Under the pieces are notes generated by a model. That model was not told where the DNA came from. It saw nothing but the letters and a program-made list of their open reading frames with translations, and did no database searches. Below, one piece after another: positions 27,003-35,992 of a stretch of 64,000 nt of DNA. The position numbers and the translations under genes are program-made. The stretch is from Bosea sp. (in: a-proteobacteria) (GTDB taxonomy: Bacteria; Pseudomonadota; Alphaproteobacteria; Rhizobiales; Beijerinckiaceae), in NCBI GenBank assembly GCA_033792295.1, contig JARYGW010000002.1:3146-67145 (forward strand). The letters are read 5' to 3'. The stretch's first letter is position 1; each line of letters starts with the position of its first letter.

Positions 27003-27500
27003 TCAGTAGCCCTGCAGCGAGAAGTAAACGCGTTGCACGCCATTGGCCGTCGTGATGTCGACGTAATATGGATCGTTGCGCGCCTGCCGGGGCGTGGTCG
27101 GATACTCCGTTGTGCAGCCGTTGTCCCCCGAGCATGTCTGCGAGAGCTTCGACAAATCGGCGCACAGATTGCCGTTCGGCGCTGCCGAATAGCCATTGTT
27201 GCCGTCCGAGGCGGATTGCACTGCGGTCAACCCAGCCGAACAGGCCTGATAGGGCTCATATCCAAGACCACTCGCATTGCCTTCCGAGCAGCTCGGCCAA
27301 CTCCCTCCATGCGCCAGGCTGTGAAACAGGCTCTGCATCACGGGCACGCAATAGGCGATCCCCGACCAGCTCGGATTGCTGGCGGCCGCACACAGCAGCA
27401 CCTTGCATCCGAAGGACGCGTCCTGCGCCTCGCTGCGATTCACGCCGGCCAGCATCGCCACGCCAGCCACGCCGATCAACAAAACTGCACAGCGCACCAT
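27003..27500 (-). CDS. Exported Cys-rich protein, TrbM/KikA-like
   Basis: Signal peptide; GCKVLLC...YCVP...WPSC pattern; first gene divergent from virB1. Confidence 0.55.
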   Translation of the reverse strand: MVRCAVLLIGVAGVAMLAGVNRSEAQDASFGCKVLLCAAASNPSWSGIAYCVPVMQSLFHSLAHGGSWPSCSEGNASGLGYEPYQACSAGLTAVQSASDGNNGYSAAPNGNLCADLSKLSQTCSGDNGCTTEYPTTPRQARNDPYYVDITTANGVQRVYFSLQGY

Positions 27501-27545
27501 CGTCCCTCCGCAAGCGAGCCTGGTGTGGACTGATCATCTCTCCTG

Positions 27546-27582
27546 TTGCCAGGGTATCAACATTCAATATATTGTCTATGCG
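27546..27582. promoter_or_regulatory. Divergent promoter/operator region of the virB and accessory operons
   Basis: TTGCCA-N16-TATATT on +; TAGACA-N16-TACCCT on -; palindrome CAATATATTG at 27565-27574. Confidence 0.55.
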
Positions 27583-27602
27583 AAAATGCAGGGCGGGGTG
27601 GC

Positions 27603-28331
27603 ATGTCGAGACGCGCCATAGCAACGGGGTTCGGCCTTCTGGCCTTGGTGTCCAGCAGCCAGGCGCAGGACACGCGGCTCGCAGCCGTCGACGCATCCGG
27701 TCGGATTTTTCCGGTCGCATTGCCTGCTGCCGTCGTTCAAACCATCGGCACGGCCGGTGGCGCCACGCCGTGCCCAAAAGCTAAGGCGATGACGCCCGAG
27801 GATGCGCGCGCTTTGGTCAGCCGGATCGCTGCCGAGGAACGTTTCTCGCCCGACTTCACGCTAGCGGTCGCCAAGAACGAGAGCCATTTCGACGCGATCG
27901 CGCTGTCGGACAAGGGCGCTTTCGGGTTGCTGCAATTGATGCCTGACACGGCCCGGCGCTTCAAAGTCGATCTGTGCGACCCGGCCGACAACGTCCGTGG
28001 CGGGGTCCGCTATCTCCAGGCGCTCACCACCCGGTACCGCAACCCTCTCTATATCGTTGCGGCCTATAACGCCGGCGAGGACGCGGTGGACAAGAACCGG
28101 GGCGTGCCGCCTTACCCCGAAACCGTGCGCTTCGTCGCGCAAGTCATCAATGACTTCTACGCCTGGCCAAGCCCAAGCGCGACGGCGTCGCGTCCGCCGC
28201 GCGACAAGTCCGTCGCGGCCGCAGACTTGATCGAGCCGTCGCAAGCCGGCTCCCCCACGGAGACAAAACCCGCCGCTCATTCGCGCGATCCGGCGCAGTG
28301 GAGTGACGGCTTCGTCATGCATGTCGATTGA
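27603..28331 (+). CDS. virB1: VirB1 lytic transglycosylase
   Basis: AKNESHF, SDKGAFGLLQLMP and AAYNAG SLT motifs. Confidence 0.88.
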   Translation: MSRRAIATGFGLLALVSSSQAQDTRLAAVDASGRIFPVALPAAVVQTIGTAGGATPCPKAKAMTPEDARALVSRIAAEERFSPDFTLAVAKNESHFDAIALSDKGAFGLLQLMPDTARRFKVDLCDPADNVRGGVRYLQALTTRYRNPLYIVAAYNAGEDAVDKNRGVPPYPETVRFVAQVINDFYAWPSPSATASRPPRDKSVAAADLIEPSQAGSPTETKPAAHSRDPAQWSDGFVMHVD

Positions 28332-28344
28332 AACGGAGGAGCTA

Positions 28345-28650
28345 ATGAGGAGATCGTTTTTGCGGCCAACCCTTGCGGGAAGCCTGCTGTTGCTTAGCGT
28401 TGCGGAAGCGGCGGCGCAGTCATCCGGCGGGACGTTGCAGCCCGTTCAATCGACTCTACAGCAGCTCGTCTCCACGCTGACCGGGCCGATCGCCACCGCG
28501 CTCGCCACGCTTGCGGTCATCGCCTGCGGGTTGTTCGCATGGGGCGGAAGATTGACCTGGGGCATTGCCGGCAGCGTCATCTTCGGCATTGTTCTGGTGT
28601 TCGGTTCGGCCCAGATCGTCCAGTTTTTCCAGTCGGCGGTCGGGCAATGA
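28345..28650 (+). CDS. virB2: VirB2/TrbC pilin
   Basis: Signal peptide plus two hydrophobic segments ending GIVLVFGSAQIV; operon position. Confidence 0.88.
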   Translation: MRRSFLRPTLAGSLLLLSVAEAAAQSSGGTLQPVQSTLQQLVSTLTGPIATALATLAVIACGLFAWGGRLTWGIAGSVIFGIVLVFGSAQIVQFFQSAVGQ

Positions 28651-28943
28651 CGGAAGACGAACTCGAGGATCCGCTGATCACGCCGCTCGTCAAGGCGCTG
28701 ACTCGCGCGCCCACGCTGATGGGCGTGCCGTACATGTATTTCATGTTCAACGGCGTCGTCTCGAGCGTCTGCTTCCTGGTGTCGCACAACCTGTTTATGC
28801 TGCTGGTCGCGATCCCGCTGCATCTTTTCGGCTTCGTGATGACGCTCCGGGATGATCGCATCTTCGAAATCCTGTTCGTCAAATCAGCCAAGTGCCCACC
28901 GCGTTCGCGCGGGTTCTGGGGCGCCGACAGCTACGCGGCATGA
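28647..28943 (+). CDS. virB3: VirB3
   Basis: PLVKALTRAPTLMGVP, DDRIF. Confidence 0.9.
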   Translation: MTEDELEDPLITPLVKALTRAPTLMGVPYMYFMFNGVVSSVCFLVSHNLFMLLVAIPLHLFGFVMTLRDDRIFEILFVKSAKCPPRSRGFWGADSYAA

Positions 28944-28952
28944 GGTAACGGG

Positions 28953-31364
28953 ATGGTCGCACGCGCACTCCTCGACGAACTGACCTTCGGCTCGATTTCC
29001 CGGCGGGAGCGGCCGGTCGCCTCGCATGTGCCCTATTTGCGGCACGTCGACGACAACATTATCAAGACGCGGGATGGTCTCATCCTGACCGTGCTCAAGC
29101 TCGACGGCTATTCGTTCGAGACGTCCGACATGAGCGAGGTGAACGCACGGCTCCTCGGGCGCAACGACGTCGTGCGCACGCTCGCTAACTCCCGTTTCGC
29201 ACTCGTGGCCCATATCGTCCGGCGCGAGGTCCAGCCGCGGATCGAGTCGACCTTCGACAACGCGCTCTGCCGGGAGCTCGACGAACGCTACGACGCAGCG
29301 CTCTCCAAGCGCCGGATGTTCGTTAACGACCTCTACCTGACCATTGTGCGGCGTCCGCTGCAGGGACAGGCGGGAACCTTCGACGCCATGCTGACCAAGG
29401 TTCTCGGCCGCAAGGACGAAGCCGGCGAATCGGTGGCGCGGCAAACAGCGCTCAACGAGCTGCGCGACGCCGCAACCGCCGTGCGCGAAAACCTGGCAGC
29501 CTATGGCGCCCGCCAGCTCGGCGTCGTGCGCCGCGAGGGCGTCTGGTTTTCCGAGCCGCTGGAATTCCTGGTGCAGATCCTCAACGGCGGCCTGCCGCGG
29601 CCGATGGCTCTGCCGCGCATGAACATCGCCGACGCGCTCTCGACCAAGCGCATCTTCTTCGGCCGCAATGCGATCGAAATCCGCGGTGCGGGTCCGCAGG
29701 ACAGTCGCTTCGGCGCGATGGTCTCGATCCGCGAATATCCTGCCCAAACGGGACCCGGATCATTCGACAATCTCCTGCGCGTGCCGCACGAGTTCATCGC
29801 GACACAGACCTTCGCGATCGTGGACCGCCCGGAGGCGGCCAAGCAGATCGACCGCGTCTCGCGCCAGGTCGACATGTCGGACGAGGCCGGCTCGATCGTC
29901 GCCGAACACCTCGACGACGCGCGCGACGAATTGCTCGCATCGGAGGCGATCTATGGCGAGCATCACATGACGATCATGTGCCTCGGCCGTGATCTCGCCG
30001 AGGTCGGCGCTGCGGTGACGGCGGTTGGTGCCGCGCTGACCGATCGCTCGGTGATCTGGGTGCGGGAGGATCTCAACTGTGAACCTTCGTTTTGGGCGCA
30101 ACTTCCGGGCAACTTCGGCTACATCGCGCGCAAGGCGGTGATCTCCTCGAAGAATTTCGCGGGCTTCACGTCGCTGCACAATTACCCGAGCGGCCGGCCG
30201 GACGGCAATCACTGGGGGCCGGCGATCTCGGTGTTCGAGACCACGTCGCAGACGGCCTATTATTACAATCATCACGTCCGAGACATCGGCAACTTCACCG
30301 TTGTCGGGCCAACCGGCTCCGGCAAAACGGTGTTCCTGTCCTTCATCGCGGCGCAGACACAGCGCATCGTGCCGCGGCCGAAGCTTGTTTTCGTCGACAA
30401 GGACCGCGGGGCGGAAATCTTCCTGCGTGCGCTGGGCGGGCAATATGAGACGCTGGTGCCGGGCGAAGCGACAGGATTCAACCCGCTGTCGCTTTCGGAT
30501 TCCGCGCCCAATCGCGAGTTTCTTTACCAGCTCTTCGCCTTCATGCTGCGGCCGGCGAATGGGGCGGAGCTGACGGCCTCAGAAGAGCAGGTCATTCGCA
30601 ACGCCATCGCAGCGGCGCTCAGCGCCGGTCCTGAGGGTCGGACGCTGAAGGCTTTTTCGACCCTGCTACGCGGACGAATCCGGGCGGGCGAAGGCGATCT
30701 TCTGGCCCGGCTCGAAAGCTGGTTGCGTGTCGATCAGAGAGGCTGGCTGTTCAACAACGAACAGGACCAATTCTCGCTTTCGACCGTGTTCGGCTTCGAC
30801 ATGACGCGCGTTCTTGACGATCCCGTCGTGCGCACCGCGGCGCTGATGTACATCTTCCATCGCATCGACGAGCTCCTCACCGGCGATCCGGTCATGATCT
30901 TCCTCGACGAGGGCTGGCGGCTCCTCGACGACGACGTCTTCGCCTTCTTTATTCGTGACAAGCTCAAGACCATCCGCAAGCAGAACGGCATTGTCGGCTT
31001 CGGCACCCAGTCGGCGGCGGACATCGTTCGCTCGAAGGCCTCCAACACGCTGATCGAGCAGACGAGCACCAACATCTTCTTTCCCAACCCCAAGGCCGAC
31101 GACGAGAGCTATCGGCAAGCCTTCCGCCTCTCGGGTCGGGAAGTCGCCTGGATCCGTTCGACCGCCCCTGAGAGCCGCTCCTTTCTGATCAAGCATGGCC
31201 GCGATAGCGTGATCGCTCGCCTCAACCTCGCCGGCATGCCGGACATGATCAAGGTGCTATCGGGCCGCACCGAGACGGTCGCCGAACTCGAGGCGCTCCG
31301 GGCGAAGTTCGGAGATGATCCGGCGGCCTGGTTACCGGTTTTCATGGGGAGGGCGGCGTCATGA
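28953..31364 (+). CDS. virB4: VirB4 ATPase
   Basis: FWAQLPGN, GPTGSGKT, DKDRG, IFLDEGW, KTIRKQNG, TQS. Confidence 0.96.
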   Translation: MVARALLDELTFGSISRRERPVASHVPYLRHVDDNIIKTRDGLILTVLKLDGYSFETSDMSEVNARLLGRNDVVRTLANSRFALVAHIVRREVQPRIESTFDNALCRELDERYDAALSKRRMFVNDLYLTIVRRPLQGQAGTFDAMLTKVLGRKDEAGESVARQTALNELRDAATAVRENLAAYGARQLGVVRREGVWFSEPLEFLVQILNGGLPRPMALPRMNIADALSTKRIFFGRNAIEIRGAGPQDSRFGAMVSIREYPAQTGPGSFDNLLRVPHEFIATQTFAIVDRPEAAKQIDRVSRQVDMSDEAGSIVAEHLDDARDELLASEAIYGEHHMTIMCLGRDLAEVGAAVTAVGAALTDRSVIWVREDLNCEPSFWAQLPGNFGYIARKAVISSKNFAGFTSLHNYPSGRPDGNHWGPAISVFETTSQTAYYYNHHVRDIGNFTVVGPTGSGKTVFLSFIAAQTQRIVPRPKLVFVDKDRGAEIFLRALGGQYETLVPGEATGFNPLSLSDSAPNREFLYQLFAFMLRPANGAELTASEEQVIRNAIAAALSAGPEGRTLKAFSTLLRGRIRAGEGDLLARLESWLRVDQRGWLFNNEQDQFSLSTVFGFDMTRVLDDPVVRTAALMYIFHRIDELLTGDPVMIFLDEGWRLLDDDVFAFFIRDKLKTIRKQNGIVGFGTQSAADIVRSKASNTLIEQTSTNIFFPNPKADDESYRQAFRLSGREVAWIRSTAPESRSFLIKHGRDSVIARLNLAGMPDMIKVLSGRTETVAELEALRAKFGDDPAAWLPVFMGRAAS

Positions 31365-32209
31365 TCGGGCGCATCATTCTGGCTGCGGGTCTCATCGCTG
31401 CAGGCGCAATCCCGGCGCTGGCCGACATTCCGGTCAATGACGCCGCTCAACTGACGCAGAAATCACTGACTGCGGGCACAACCGTCAAATTGGTGCCGGT
31501 GACAACGCAGCGGCAAGATGCGAACAACGGCGTTCATTGCGCGGTCACGACAGGCAAGAAAGCCAACGTGACCAATCCGACGGTGCAGCCGCAGAGCGGA
31601 GCCGGCGCGCAGGCCATCCAATCTTATGCCCCGGATCAGCCGACAGCGCCGGACACGACCGCCCAGGGCGCGGCGCTCAGCGATCAGACTCTGTTTCAGT
31701 CGAGCGGCAATGTCGTGGCCGGTCTCAATGCCAGCGGTTCGACCATGACCGCAGCAAAATCCGCCTTCCAGTCGGCGAGCCAGCAAGTGGGCACCGCCCA
31801 GACCGTGATGGCGTCCATCGACATGAACAGCGCGGCGCGGCTGCAGAACAATATCGCCTGGAACGGAGCGATCGGGTCGGCGAATCTCTGGGTGACCGCG
31901 ATCAATGCGCTCAACCTCGCCATGACGAGCGACATGAGCCGCGCGGCTCTCGGCATGCGTGCGACGTCAAACACCAATAGCCAGCCGATTGCGGGACCGG
32001 TATGCCCGGCCGGACTGATCGGCTCGGGAACTCCATCGGATCCGTGCCGCACGCCGTCGACCTGCTCGACCACGCCGCCCGGCTCACCGCCTGATCCCGC
32101 CTGCGTCAGCGCGCGCTACGTCGACACCGACGGGAATGTTCTGTTCTATCTGGCGCAGATTCAGAACGCGGCCAATGCAGCGGCGCTGATCTCCAGCAAC
32201 AGCCACTAG
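31361..32209 (+). CDS. VirB5-like exported protein with a Cys/Pro-rich C-terminus
   Basis: Signal peptide then DIPVNDAA (VirB5-like N-terminus); follows virB4. Confidence 0.6.
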   Translation: MIGRIILAAGLIAAGAIPALADIPVNDAAQLTQKSLTAGTTVKLVPVTTQRQDANNGVHCAVTTGKKANVTNPTVQPQSGAGAQAIQSYAPDQPTAPDTTAQGAALSDQTLFQSSGNVVAGLNASGSTMTAAKSAFQSASQQVGTAQTVMASIDMNSAARLQNNIAWNGAIGSANLWVTAINALNLAMTSDMSRAALGMRATSNTNSQPIAGPVCPAGLIGSGTPSDPCRTPSTCSTTPPGSPPDPACVSARYVDTDGNVLFYLAQIQNAANAAALISSNSH

Positions 32210-32219
32210 GGAGGCTTTG

Positions 32220-32933
32220 ATGCGCATTCATCTCGCAATTGCGGTCTTTGTTATCGGGCTCGCCGTCGCCCCGCAAGCCAACGCGCAGGTCCCGGTGATC
32301 GACAGCGCCAATCTCACCAAGGCGCAACAGATCGCGACCAGCACGCAGCAGATCCTCACCGCGGATCAGCAGATTCTGCAATTCACGCAAAAGACGCTGC
32401 AGGCCGTCACCGGCGATCGGTCGTCGCAAGCGCAAGGCTCTCTCGCTCAGATGGCGCTGGGAGGCGGTTTCTCGATGGCGCAAGCGCCATCGCTCGGCTC
32501 GGTGATTTCGGGTGGCGCGCTCTCCTTCGCGGGCATGGGCGCTGGGTCGCAGAACATCGTCTCAACGCTGATCAACGGCTTGCAGCTCGTGCAGACGATC
32601 ACGGGGCTTGCGAACGGACAGACCAATCCCGTCGACACGGCTTACAAGAACTCGGTGAATGTCGCGGCGACGCTCTCCGGTTTGATCAATTCGACGCAAA
32701 CCGCGATGCAGACGCGATCTCAGGCCTTCACGCAGGGCGGCCAGCAGATCGGCACCGCGCAGGACCTCAAGGGCAGCGTCGATCAGAACACGCAGGTCCA
32801 GATCCAGACCGGCCAGACGATCAACGAGCTGAACGGCGTTGTGAACAATGCCGCTACCGCTGCGAACCAAGCCAATCTCGACCGGATCGCGGCGCAGTCG
32901 GCGGCCGCGCGCGCCATGAAATTCACCCAGTGA
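32220..32933 (+). CDS. virB5: VirB5-like minor pilin
   Basis: AQVPVIDSANL; Gln-rich helices; AQDLKGSVDQN. Confidence 0.72.
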   Translation: MRIHLAIAVFVIGLAVAPQANAQVPVIDSANLTKAQQIATSTQQILTADQQILQFTQKTLQAVTGDRSSQAQGSLAQMALGGGFSMAQAPSLGSVISGGALSFAGMGAGSQNIVSTLINGLQLVQTITGLANGQTNPVDTAYKNSVNVAATLSGLINSTQTAMQTRSQAFTQGGQQIGTAQDLKGSVDQNTQVQIQTGQTINELNGVVNNAATAANQANLDRIAAQSAAARAMKFTQ

Positions 32934-32952
32934 GAGACCTCGGGGAGCCAGC

Positions 32953-33144
32953 GTGTCGAAACGAGCAGCGATCGTCATAGCCGTCATCGCCTTGGCGATC
33001 GGCCTTTTCGCCGGGCGATTCCTGCTCTCCCGGCCTCCTTCTCCGGTCGCGAGCACCCCCGGCGGTCAGAGCGCGTCCGATGATGCGGCCGCGTCCGCTT
33101 CGCGCGGCATGACCTTCACGCAGCCGAAGGCGCCGACAAGATGA
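32953..33144 (+). CDS. Small single-pass membrane protein
   Basis: GGGGAG RBS; one TM segment; ATGA-coupled to the next gene. Confidence 0.6.
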   Translation: MSKRAAIVIAVIALAIGLFAGRFLLSRPPSPVASTPGGQSASDDAAASASRGMTFTQPKAPTR

Positions 33145-33335
33145 GACTGAGCTGGCGTGTGGTATTCATTGTCTTGGCCGCGACGGCGCTCGCCGGCTGC
33201 GCCTATCGGCCGCTCAAGGCGCCCTGTTCCCCCGACGAAGGCGCAATGCCGCTCGCCTATAGCGAGACGCCCCAGCCTGCCGTGCCGCCGGCCTTCGAGG
33301 CGCTCGACCGCTGCGGCCCGATGCGGCGGATTTGA
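33141..33335 (+). CDS. Small lipoprotein (VirB7-like or entry-exclusion position)
   Basis: LAGC lipobox, extra Cys; lies between virB5 and virB6. Confidence 0.7.
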   Translation: MRLSWRVVFIVLAATALAGCAYRPLKAPCSPDEGAMPLAYSETPQPAVPPAFEALDRCGPMRRI

Positions 33336-33343
33336 GAGGGGCA

Positions 33344-34474
33344 ATGGGGAACACGTTCAACATCACGACATTGCTGCAAACCGTCGATCAGCTTGGTCAG
33401 AACTATGTTTCGAGCGCCTATCAGGCCTTGGCCAGCGCGGCGACCTCTGGCGGCGGGACCGGCGTCGCTGGCCTGCTTTTGACGCTCTATGTCATCTTCT
33501 GGGGCGTCGGCATCTGGCAGGGGACCGCCACGGGCGGTCCCGCCGACCATGCCTTCCGTCTGTTCCGCGCGTTCCTCATCTACGCGATGGCGACGAGCTG
33601 GGGCGATTTCCAGACCTTCGCCTACAACGCGATGAACAACGGTCCGTCGGCGATCGGCAATGCGCTGCTCAATGTCGTCACCACGGCCAATAATACCGGC
33701 ACAGCCGCCAACCTCAATTCTGTGAACGGCGTGCAATCGGCGTTGCAGAACATGTGGAACACCACGAACAGCGCCACGGAAGCGTTCCTGCAAAACGCCG
33801 GCATCACCAATTGGGGTCCCTACATTTTCGCCGCGGTCTTCTACGTGGTGATGGCGTTGTTGATCGGCTTTGCGATCTTCCTGATCATCTTGTCGAAGAT
33901 GTTCATGTGGCTCTTGCTCGCGCTGGCGCCGATCTTCATCATTCTGCTGCTGTTCGGCGCGACGACACGCTTTTTCGGCGGCTGGATGAGCGCGCTGGTC
34001 CAGTATTTCGTCGTCCAGGTGCTGGTTTATGCTTTTCTCGCCTTCTATGTCTCGCTGATCCAGCAATCGATCGACACGTTGAACGGCGTCGCCAATTCGA
34101 AATCGGCGACTTGGGCGACCATCGGTCCCGTCGTGCTGATGGCGATCATCGGCGTCCTGCTGCTCAGCCAGATCAACAATGTCGCGGCCGCGATCGCCGG
34201 CGGCGTTCCGATTTTCGCGCCGCGGATCGGATCCGTCATCGCGACCGCCACGGGCTTCCGCCTCGGGGCCGCGGCCAATCGTGCGCGGCTCGCCTTGCGC
34301 AATCCGTTGAACCCCGCATCGATGTCGCGCCGCGAGGAGCTCGCCTCCCGCCAACGGGCCCGCGTCGGACTGCGGGCCGCCTCCTGGGCGCAATCCGCGG
34401 AATTTCGCCGCCTGGCGGACCAGCTCCGCAATCCGGGCGTGCCTCCGGGGCCAAGCAGCGGAGGTCGCCCGTGA
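33344..34474 (+). CDS. virB6: VirB6/TrbL polytopic membrane protein
   Basis: Multiple TM segments; LALAPIFI..LF..TTRFFGGW. Confidence 0.9.
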   Translation: MGNTFNITTLLQTVDQLGQNYVSSAYQALASAATSGGGTGVAGLLLTLYVIFWGVGIWQGTATGGPADHAFRLFRAFLIYAMATSWGDFQTFAYNAMNNGPSAIGNALLNVVTTANNTGTAANLNSVNGVQSALQNMWNTTNSATEAFLQNAGITNWGPYIFAAVFYVVMALLIGFAIFLIILSKMFMWLLLALAPIFIILLLFGATTRFFGGWMSALVQYFVVQVLVYAFLAFYVSLIQQSIDTLNGVANSKSATWATIGPVVLMAIIGVLLLSQINNVAAAIAGGVPIFAPRIGSVIATATGFRLGAAANRARLALRNPLNPASMSRREELASRQRARVGLRAASWAQSAEFRRLADQLRNPGVPPGPSSGGRP

Positions 34475-35187
34475 CGGAGACGGCAGCCTCAGAGCCGGCG
34501 CGGGTCGATCCGCGGTACTACGCGGACGGCGCGACATGGGAACACGACATCGCGCGCCGGAACCGCAATTCGCGGGCCCTCGCCTGGATCGTTGCGAGCG
34601 TCATGAGCGTCGTCGCGATCGTCGCACTGGGCGTTCTTGCCCTGCTGGTGCCGCTCAAGACCTACGAGCCCTACATGGTCGTTGTGGACAAGGCGACGGG
34701 CTTCGTCGAGGTCAAGCGGCCAATGGCCGAAGGCGCGCTGACCCAGGACGAAGCCGTCACGATGTTCAACGTCGTGCGCTACATCAAGGCGCGTGAGACT
34801 TACGATCCGAAGGCGCTCAAGGACAATTTCGACCTGGCGCAACTGCTCGCATCAGGTGACGCTGCGCGCGAGCTGACCGAAATCTACTCTCCTGCCAATC
34901 CCAATAACCCGGTCAAGATTTACGGCACCAACACCGAGGTCGCCGTGAACATCAAGTCAGTTACGTTCCCGAACAATCGTACCGCGCTCGTCCGGTTCTC
35001 GACGGACGAGAAGTCGGCCACCAACACGATCACCCGCCATTGGGTTTCGCTTGTGCGCTTCCGCTACACCGGCGCGCCGATGCGCAACGAATGGCGGTTC
35101 GAAAATCCGCTCGGCTTCCAGGCGTTGGAATATCGCCGTGACCAGGAAACGGCGCCTTCGCCTGGAACGGCGGAGGCGAAGCCATGA
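34471..35187 (+). CDS. virB8: VirB8
   Basis: LVPLKTYEPYMVVVDKATG, YIKARETYD, NPLGF; GTG start with GGAGG RBS. Confidence 0.92.
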   Translation: MTETAASEPARVDPRYYADGATWEHDIARRNRNSRALAWIVASVMSVVAIVALGVLALLVPLKTYEPYMVVVDKATGFVEVKRPMAEGALTQDEAVTMFNVVRYIKARETYDPKALKDNFDLAQLLASGDAARELTEIYSPANPNNPVKIYGTNTEVAVNIKSVTFPNNRTALVRFSTDEKSATNTITRHWVSLVRFRYTGAPMRNEWRFENPLGFQALEYRRDQETAPSPGTAEAKP

Positions 35188-35987
35188 TCGGACGCTGCGT
35201 TGCGTTGAGTCTGCTCCTGGTGCTTCCCGCCGGATCGGCCTTCGCGGAGGCCACGCCGCGGCCTGGTCATCTCGACCCTCGTGTTCGCGATGTCATCTAC
35301 AACAAAGACAACGTCACCGCCGTCGACGCCACCTACGGCACCTCGACGATGATCGAGCTGCAGCCAGATGAGAAGATCGAGACGCTGGCGCTCGGCGATT
35401 CGGTCGCCTGGAAGGTCGAGCCCAACCGCAAGGGCAATATCATCTTTGTCAAGCCGGTCGAAAAGAATGCGCAGTCGAACCTCAATGTCGTCACGGACAG
35501 ACGCATCTACAGTTTCATTCTCCGGTCGAATACGCGCCCGCCATCATCGCAGATCTACGAAGTTCGCTTTCGCTTTCCCGAGGACGAAGCGAGCGCCGGG
35601 CTCCTTGCGGCAGCAAAGGAGCGCGCCGCCAACCCGAATCTGAAAGACCTCAATATCGCGAATGCCAACAGCGACTATGGGTACAAGGGCTCGTCCGCCA
35701 ACAAGCCGGTCGCCGTCTTCGACGATGGCGTGAAGACCTGGTTTCGCTTCGAAGGCGAGGTGCCGGCGGTCTATATCGTCGACGCCGATCGCAACGAGAG
35801 CCTCGTCAACTATCGGACCGAAGGTCCCTATGTCGTCGTCGATAAGGTCTCGCCGCAGTGGACGCTGCGCAACGGCCAGGAGTCGACGTGTATCTTCAAC
35901 CGCCGCCTGACCAATGTGCATGAGCCCAACGGGCTTGAGCCCTATGCGCCGCAGCGTGTCGGTGCGGCGTCACTCGCTGGGGGCTGA
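35184..35987 (+). CDS. virB9: VirB9/TrbG
   Basis: DPRVR, LGDSVAW, FVKP, NLNVVTDRRIY, VFDDG.KTWF, ESLVN. Confidence 0.92.
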   Translation: MIGRCVALSLLLVLPAGSAFAEATPRPGHLDPRVRDVIYNKDNVTAVDATYGTSTMIELQPDEKIETLALGDSVAWKVEPNRKGNIIFVKPVEKNAQSNLNVVTDRRIYSFILRSNTRPPSSQIYEVRFRFPEDEASAGLLAAAKERAANPNLKDLNIANANSDYGYKGSSANKPVAVFDDGVKTWFRFEGEVPAVYIVDADRNESLVNYRTEGPYVVVDKVSPQWTLRNGQESTCIFNRRLTNVHEPNGLEPYAPQRVGAASLAGG

Positions 35988-35992
35988 AGCGC

